This document shows, piece by piece, positions 61,842-64,000 of a stretch of DNA of 64,000 nt. Location: positions 11,972,416 to 12,036,415 of the forward strand of contig CM119270.1 of assembly GCA_051294375.1 (NCBI GenBank), given 5' to 3'. The number at the start of each line of letters is the position of its first letter. Within the stretch, counting starts at the first letter, position 1. The notes beneath the pieces were generated by a model that saw only the letters and a program-made list of their open reading frames with translations, had not been told where the DNA came from and made no database searches. This DNA comes from Paraspadella gotoi. Taxonomy: Eukaryota; Animalia; Chaetognatha. Position numbers and translations under genes: made by a program.

Positions 61842-64000
61842 GAGAAACTTGAGTGTACTTTTTAAATCTGTGCGACAAAAAAATAAAACAAAAAACTTGC
61901 GGTGGGGGGGGAGGAAATGGCGTAGGCAATGTTCTCATAATAAAGGTAAGTTACCTCTGCGAATTCGCTGCCGCCGCGGAAAAGGTGAGGTTCTTCTTCG
62001 AAACGAAACGAATTCGACCTCCAGAAAGAATCCTCACGATTCATGTCGGAGTTGATGTTCTGAGAAAAAACATGTCATCAAAATATCAAATTTTAAATAT
62101 ATACTGTTTTTAAGTCCAAGATAATTTATTATGTTCCCAATTCGTAAAAGAAAATTAGTAAATAAAAAAAATTATATTGATTCTTGTGATAAACCAATTA
62201 CTAGTGACCAATAATAAATTATTTAAAAGCAGTCGGAAAAGCAAAATCCGGTATACATTGTGCGGTAATACAACGTAATGAATTAAATTGAGAATTTGGT
62301 TTTGTCCCGATGTCTTTGTTATTATTTTTTTAGAAAGTCTGACCCAATCTGACTGTCCGTTTTTCTCTTTGATGAATTTGATTGGATTGAGACAGCGATA
62401 TTCGATTGGCAGCAATGTTTCACTCCAAAAGCTAGTCAATTATTGATCAGTTGAAAATGGGTAGAAAGATTTACGTATTTTGATCAAAATAATTAGTTAA
62501 TTATTGCTATATTGTGTTTATTAAATTGCGTCCAAACATTGTTTGCTCTTAGTTTATACCGCTATTGTGAATTGCATTTTCTTAAATTAGAAGTTGTGAA
62601 TCCGATTATAACCGTGTGCTCCATTAACCTTCATTCCAGGAATGAGTCGCTCTAAGAATTTCTTTAACGATTTTTCAGAATTTTATGATTACTTTACCTC
62701 ACGTTGCGTTATTGGCAAATCATTGCCAAACGACGGCTTTGAGATAATAATAGCAATGTAAAAAGGTTTAACAAGGAACATTTTGACGACGAATGTAACT
62801 CACTCGGCACGTCTGCAGCAATCCTTCGTCCAGCAGTTCGTCGTAATGCTGCAGCAAAGTTCGCCAAAAGTCGTTGATCGATTCGTCGAAAGATTCCGAT
62901 TCGGTCGATTCCTGCCAAAGAAGTTTGATGCTGACGTTAACGATTATGGCTCCCAATTTGAAAGAGGACGATTTGGTTTTGAATAAGGTTTGTGTGAAAA
63001 AAAAGTGTCAATATTATTCAAGAACATTTACCTTCATGACGTCACGATTGATCTTTTGTTGAAAAAAGCTGTCGTAAACGCGTCTATTGAAAAAATAAGG
63101 GTGAAACGACTTTAAAATGGAGATTTTCCGTTTGATTGACCAAAAACCAATTATACTTTTAACAAATTAATTATTTTATGACTTAGTTAATTAAAATCCG
63201 AGTATAAATTCATAAAGAAATAACGAGACCACACCTCCACTGCCCTCCTCCTAATTCTGGATCCATCTCCATTTCCGGTTCCAGTTCGATTTCCGCCTCA
63301 ATTTCCGGTTCTATGTGAGGTTCTACGTACGGTTCCGGTAGAATATTCATATCCATTTCTTGTTCATCTTCTTCGGAATCGGCGGCATTGCGTCCACTGC
63401 AGATTTCGACATCTGCAAAAGTATTCGAAAGAAATTTATCGTCCGGTTTTTATTTATTAAATAATATGATAAATGTTTTGGGGAAAACTGACCCGACGGA
63501 GGATATTCGTGAACGTTATCGCATTCGCAATAAGTGTAACTCCAGCGCCAAGTGCAGCATTTTTGATCGCTTGCTTTTCCTAAAATTAAATACGAGGTTT
63601 TGCGAAAATCAAAGCTTTTTGTTTTGTTGTATTTTTATTTTATTTTTGTTTAGAGGTAATTAGTAACGCCTTTCCAAATTTTTAGGACATAACGAAACAA
63701 ACAAATACAAAATATTTGCACATAAATATTATTTAAAAAAACTTACAAATTAAAGAAGTGAGAAAAACGACGTGGGAATAAAAGGTAAGAACTAAGGGAG
63801 GTTTGAGTTTACCTTGGACGAGGTCGGTTTTACGATTGCGAGAAGCGAAAGGAGAAGACCTTTCCGATCGAAGGCTCGATTCTATCATCGGTTCCATCAC
63901 AGGTTCTATCACAGGATCAATCTTGGACTCTATCATAGGTTGCATCGCATGTTCTGTGCCTCGGTTAGGATTAGGTTCTTTTTGATTCATCATAGGTTCC
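58136..64000 (-). CDS. KASH-domain nuclear-envelope protein (nesprin/MSP-300/klarsicht-like), 3' exons; the gene continues beyond the window
   Basis: The last exon (58136-58446) ends FSLLFVCCSLAFLLLSCGLLLRPDCCSRQNRFRWSLLPQLRYPDGQPPI*, i.e. a TM segment plus KASH peptide. Upstream exons are helical or spectrin-repeat-like (58514-58780, 58873-59143, 59228-59413, 59491-59756), followed by a large exon at 59954-61268. Confidence 0.85.

Overview
Eukaryotic, arthropod-like invertebrate genomic DNA. It has spliced genes with GC-rich exons, AT-rich introns full of microsatellites, and several N-gaps. Gene models were reconstructed by hand from splice phases. They are: a coiled-coil C-type lectin (minus, ~0.6-7.1 kb); an atypical Prx1-type peroxiredoxin (minus, 10.8-14.5 kb); a PPxY-tailed membrane protein partly inside a 7.5-kb tandem duplication (16.4-31.6 kb); a GPI-anchored Ly6/quiver-type protein (plus, to 39.9 kb); a CsRn1-like Ty3/gypsy LTR retrotransposon (42.4-46.9 kb); an M14 carboxypeptidase (minus, 47.3-57.2 kb) with an antisense multipass-membrane gene nested in intron 1; and the 3' part of a KASH-domain nesprin-like gene (minus, 58.1 kb to the window end). 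The most striking signal is non-coding: a dispersed family of circularly permuted (type-P5-like) twister ribozyme candidates at 7.1, 9.0 and 40.3 kb, plus a truncated copy at 1.2 kb. The copies show compensatory base changes, and one sits in a 325-nt unit bounded by direct repeats that looks like a twister-based retrozyme. All calls were made by eye; no database search or folding program was run.
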